A DNA stretch of 62,004 nucleotides, filler included, from Sphacelaria rigidula (lineage: Eukaryota): the NCBI GenBank assembly GCA_964200075.2. It is 9 parts of 9 records of this genome, joined end to end, with 100 filler letters (N's around TTAATTAATTAA, not from the genome) between each part and the next. Parts side by side here need not be neighbours in the genome. Positions count along the whole stretch, not along the records: positions 55,206 to 62,004 come from CAXNAA020018020.1; 8 more parts are not named here. One strand, written 5' to 3'. The first letter of the stretch is position 1; each line of letters opens with the position of its first letter. Below are positions 57,923-62,004 of this stretch, one piece after another. Made by a program: the position numbers and the translations under genes. The notes beneath the pieces are model-generated. The model saw nothing but the letters and a program-made list of their open reading frames with translations. It made no database searches and had not been told where the DNA came from.

Positions 57923-59795
57923 CAGTTATGGGCGTGAATGAGGGCCTTGAAGACAAAAAATGCGCTGCCAGCCAATAAAACGAATAACGCGGAGGAATTG
58001 TGGTGGACACGTCATCAGCTGTCCCGAGCTGTTTAGATGTTTGATGTAGGTAGGACACACGCCTCGTCCGCTATAAATTTGGTGGTATATGGTGACTGCA
58101 GAACTTCCATCGCGGTTTTATCGGCACAGGAAGCAAGCCGGCCTGTGGCACTTTACAGCCCCCGCACAAACACATAAGCTAAAGAAGGATACACAAACTT
58201 TGCTAAGATGGCCACAGCGTACCCCCAAAGCCCCTAAAGCAGGGAAAGAAACGTACCTTATCGTTCATTTCGGAAACTTGCAGCGTTTGTGGGACGTGTG
58301 GAGGATATTCCTCACATACTTGCCTAGTTTGAGTGTGTGGTGAGCGCACGCAACAAACCGCAGTGCAATCCTCTGCTTCGTTGCCGAGAAACCCGCGTTG
58401 AAAGGTTGGCACAACAACATACTGGAACACGAGGTGCACAGCAACAGCACGAGCAGCAGCTTCTACCCTCCTGTTTTGATGACTCTGTGTACAGATGTAC
58501 AGCAACGTCAGTCACAGGCTTGTTACATGAATGTACTACTGTACAGTACATTTCAAATGAGCGTGGTCGTTATTTCGAGGTGACACATGTACGAGCTGGG
58601 CAGGCCATCAGTGATTTTCAAACGAAGAGTGGAGATGCGTTTGGCAAATCGAAGCGCTGAAATTTTGACACAACATTTTCATCATCAATCCGCGCAACAC
58701 TCCGAGTGGTGCAGAAGAAGAAGAAGAAAAAACAAGAAGTTGAAGCGAGTTAAGTTTTACCAAAATCAGGAAAAATGCTATAATTTCCTCGAAAAATGCT
58801 GCAAACGATGACAACGCTTGGGTACATACGAGCACTCGCATCACCCACATCCTTATAAAGTTTCAGCCAAAAATACGTAAAGTTGGGGTTCGCGTCGCAC
58901 TTTTTGTGTGACCCCGGTGGTCAAACTGATTCGACAGCCTCAAAACACAGGTCATGAGTTCGAATCCCGGCATGACCACTTCTGTTTTTTATAACGGGCA
59001 TGACCACATGCATAATGCCATGCCCGTATCATCAGTTGCGGTACCCGCGTCCTACGATACAGCCGTGCACGCGGTGTAGGAGCTGCATGGCGCTTTTGCT
59101 TCGACCAGTTCTCATGTCAAGCACGACCAAGAACCTTTTATCGCAGAGTGTGGCCATGTCTTTCGTAGGGGCATGAAACGGGGCGGAGAGAGGTGTGATT
59201 TCGCTCGGCAAACGTGTCTTCTGTGATTCCGGGAGAACACTGTACAATCGTTTCAACACGACTGCAGCTTTCATCGCTCTGTTGAACCTGCCTTTGGGGA
59301 GTGGTCGCGCAGGTTTTCTGCTGTTAGACAGCGACATCGAGTTGTGTTGTAGAGGTTGCAGAACTCCTCGACTGCTTTCGCCTGCACATATCGGGTGCTC
59401 GCGTTCCTGTGCGGCGGAATTTACTATCGTAATTCCACCGCATTTTGTGAAACGCAAGTCTCCAGACACGCTATCGCACGGAGAATTGAGACGTACTCGG
59501 TACTCAATGCAGTACAATCATATCATCGCCAAAAGTGCACCAATCGAGCAGCGGCGGTGCCTCTGTTACCAGGTTAGTCTGCAGTTCACAGCGATATGCT
59601 CAGGTCGTGCTGATTTGGGAAACTTGAAGAGTGGTGGTGACGACAGAGGATGCTGGGTTTATGGCCGGCCCAGCTCGTACTTATGATTGATACTGACTGG
59701 CTCATTTAGGCTTCATTTCGTCTGTAGACGGGAGTCGATGTCCACTTTCCCGAAATATAGTACCCAAAATCGGGCCTCATTCACGCCCATAACAG
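57923..59795. mobile_element. Putative decayed Tc1/mariner-type element defined by 24-bp TIRs
   Basis: CAGTTATGGGCGTGAATGAGGGCC, preceded by TA, versus the reverse complement of the right end, CTGTTATGGGCGTGAATGAGGCCC. No intact transposase. Confidence 0.5.
58910..58990 (+). mobile_element. tRNA-derived SINE-like head
   Basis: GACCCCGGTGGTCAAACTG (A-box-like) ... GAGTTCGAATCCC (B box), followed by a T-run. Not a canonical cloverleaf. Confidence 0.45.
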
Positions 59796-61921
59796 TGCTT
59801 CTACACTCAAACTCTAGTGATATGAACACCGGCGTGCCCACCCGCGACAAGCATACTCCATCTTCGAGTCCACAAATAGCCTGTATTGCGATATTACTTG
59901 TGTCTCTGCGGGAAAAGTGCATTTTTCGTTTTATCGTGTGGCAATTTTGGCGTCGACAGTTCATGTCTGATCGATGCGGATAAGACGGTAACCCAAAGTA
60001 CAAGAGAGCTTTCACCACGCCCGAACGTGAGAAATCGGAAAAGTAGTTGTTTTTCCCTCTGTGTGGGAAATGCATTCGGTTTTCTTGTGCGTGTACTACT
60101 AGTAGTATATTTGCATGGTCCATCATTAAGGGGTGACTCAACTAGTAAATGTGTCATCTTTGTTGGTGTCAGCGTATTGGAAGTTGTCGCGGAGGTTACG
60201 AAGCGAAACGTGGGTAAAATTCCCCGCAAAATGTTGTCGGCGTAACTTGACTTGCCGTGGCCTCTTCTGATGAGGTGATTGACCTGAACCAACCGCAGTG
60301 TTTGGTCTGTTCTAAGACCATTTCTGTACGCCCTGAGCAGACTGTACAGACACGGTAGATACTGTCTGTACTATCTGGACGTCTCACAATGCGCAGCACA
60401 ATCACTGCGTGTTTATCTCTGCACTATTGAAGTCTCTGGTGAGTGTAGCAGGGGTTCGGTGGTCTGACACCTTGCAGCTCAAGCGGATGTTTCATAACTT
60501 GTACGTTGACCGTTGAGTATTTCTTTTTTGTGCCTAGGCTTTTGCCGCCAACAGACTGGTACCACTTGCCCTGCGTAATTATACATGTCTCTTCGCTTCT
60601 GTTGTAGAAACAAGGTATAATGTCAGACAAGACTTGTTATGCCAGCGCCCGACTGGCATGGGCTACAGAGGAAATGGCGAATGTTTCACACAAGGGACAA
60701 GTCATGAGCCACCTAAAATAACTACACGAAGAGACACCCGAAGACCCCCTTGTCCATGAACAGAAAATGCGTGACAGGAGGGTTCGAGAAGCCGAAGCAG
60801 TCGCTACTTTTGCGCCACTCCGCGTGCTTCGCGGCCATCGCTGTGTGGGAGCAAATTTGGGAAAAGGGGACATATGAGCTAGCTCATGGTCCAGATCATT
60901 GCACCCTCGAATAGCAAGAAGTGATGTTGAGGTAGCTAATGAGCTGTCCGAGGTGTGAAGTATTTCATGTATTGGGACAACGCCCTCGCTCGTGGTAAAG
61001 TCGTACCTCGCGTGTGCTAACTCTCCGGGCGTTCCAGTAATAGCCGTAACGTGCGAAATAAACCCCCCCCTGCCATGCGAAGCTGACATTTGAATATAGC
61101 TTGATTGTGTTTGATTAGGGTAAATAGGAAGGGGCTGTCGGGCTATCGAAAGTGGGACGAACATGTACAAGCTACAAGCGCGACAGCCCCGTCATTGTTC
61201 TTGTTGTCGGCGTTCCAGTCACAAACGTCTGGCCGCTTCCGTGGCGCACAGATCTCTCAACAAATTATATTTTTCGTCACTTTTATTCAGTCCACAAGGT
61301 TCGTCTGACCGACTTCTTTTACGGAAAATAATACGCCGGGTTAAAATATCACATGTCTGTATGAGACAAAAAAATCGACGATTGGAGACAGTTATCGGTC
61401 ATGAATGTTTGTCTGAGTAAGGAACCCAGACAAGGACCGTTTCGATATGAAACGCCGGATATCACGTACCTATAGTTCAGCTCTTTGTCTTGTTTCATCT
61501 ACCTACCACACCTCAATTTAACAGGGTTCAAACTCCATGACTGACCCTCATCCGATAGCGGCCTGCTCACCGCTGAAGGGCTGCCGCGGCCAGCAACATG
61601 GAAATCATGGTGTTCCCAGCCAGCCAATCGCTGCGCGTGCACAATTACAAAGGTGCTCTCTCTAAAGACACCGACGACTGTATATGTAGGAGTTGCGTGC
61701 TATCGAGAGGTACGGCCAAATAATACTACTGTGCCGTTCTAGAAGTTGAAGAGAGTCCAGTACGTGAAATAGTTCTACAGGCTGGGCCGCCCAAGATGCG
61801 AACAGGAATGTTGACACGCGAGTCTTGAGCTCAATTTTGAGTCGTTTTTGATGAAATTTTGACGATATATACAGGACGTACGTGGGAAGACTCTCTATCC
61901 CCCCCCCCCTCCCCCCCCCCT

Positions 61922-62004
61922 CCTTTCGAGACGTTGCTCCGTCTCGAAAGGGATGCGTGGTCAATGGTCAAACGACTAAGGCAAGCAACAAATGAGTACC
62001 CCCC
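61922..62004 (+). mobile_element. 3' end of the C-tailed retroposon, preceded by a 12-bp-stem hairpin and a poly-C tract
   Basis: CCTTTCGAGACG-TTGCTC-CGTCTCGAAAGG then GATGCGTGGTCAATGG...ATGAGTACCCCCC at the contig end. Confidence 0.75.

Overview
This is eukaryotic, intron-rich, repeat-dense DNA, most likely from a brown alga (Phaeophyceae). That assignment is inferred from the ankyrin-family signature, a stramenopile-like SLC4 exon, a flagellar ODA-DC-like exon and multi-kb GT-AG introns. The window is not one locus. It is nine size-sorted contigs (6801, 6801, 6801, 6801, 6801, 6800, 6800, 6800 and 6799 bp) joined by identical artificial 100-bp linkers (N44-TTAATTAATTAA-N44), so neighbouring contigs are probably unlinked. 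Host gene pieces: four phase-consistent exons of a heterotrimeric G-protein alpha subunit with an atypical G5 box, two exons of a CNNM/DUF21-CBS protein, a terminal exon resembling ODA-DC2/CCDC114, a histidine-phosphatase (PGAM-like) exon lacking its conserved Glu, one SLC4-like exon, and one complete intronless ankyrin-repeat gene. Mobile DNA dominates the rest: Copia, RTE-like LINE, two Gypsy elements, a decayed Mutator-like element, tRNA-derived SINE heads and many MITE/foldback families. The most unusual signal is a short retroposon-like 3' end (...GACTAAGGCAAGCAACAAATGAGTAC) with a C-rich rather than poly(A) tail. It occurs four times next to C-runs, once as a 26-nt in-frame insertion with a 16-bp target-site duplication inside a Gypsy RT. 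A TIR-bounded repeat family carrying telomere-like TTAGGG tracts is also notable. All protein-family calls come from motif recognition by eye; no database search was run.
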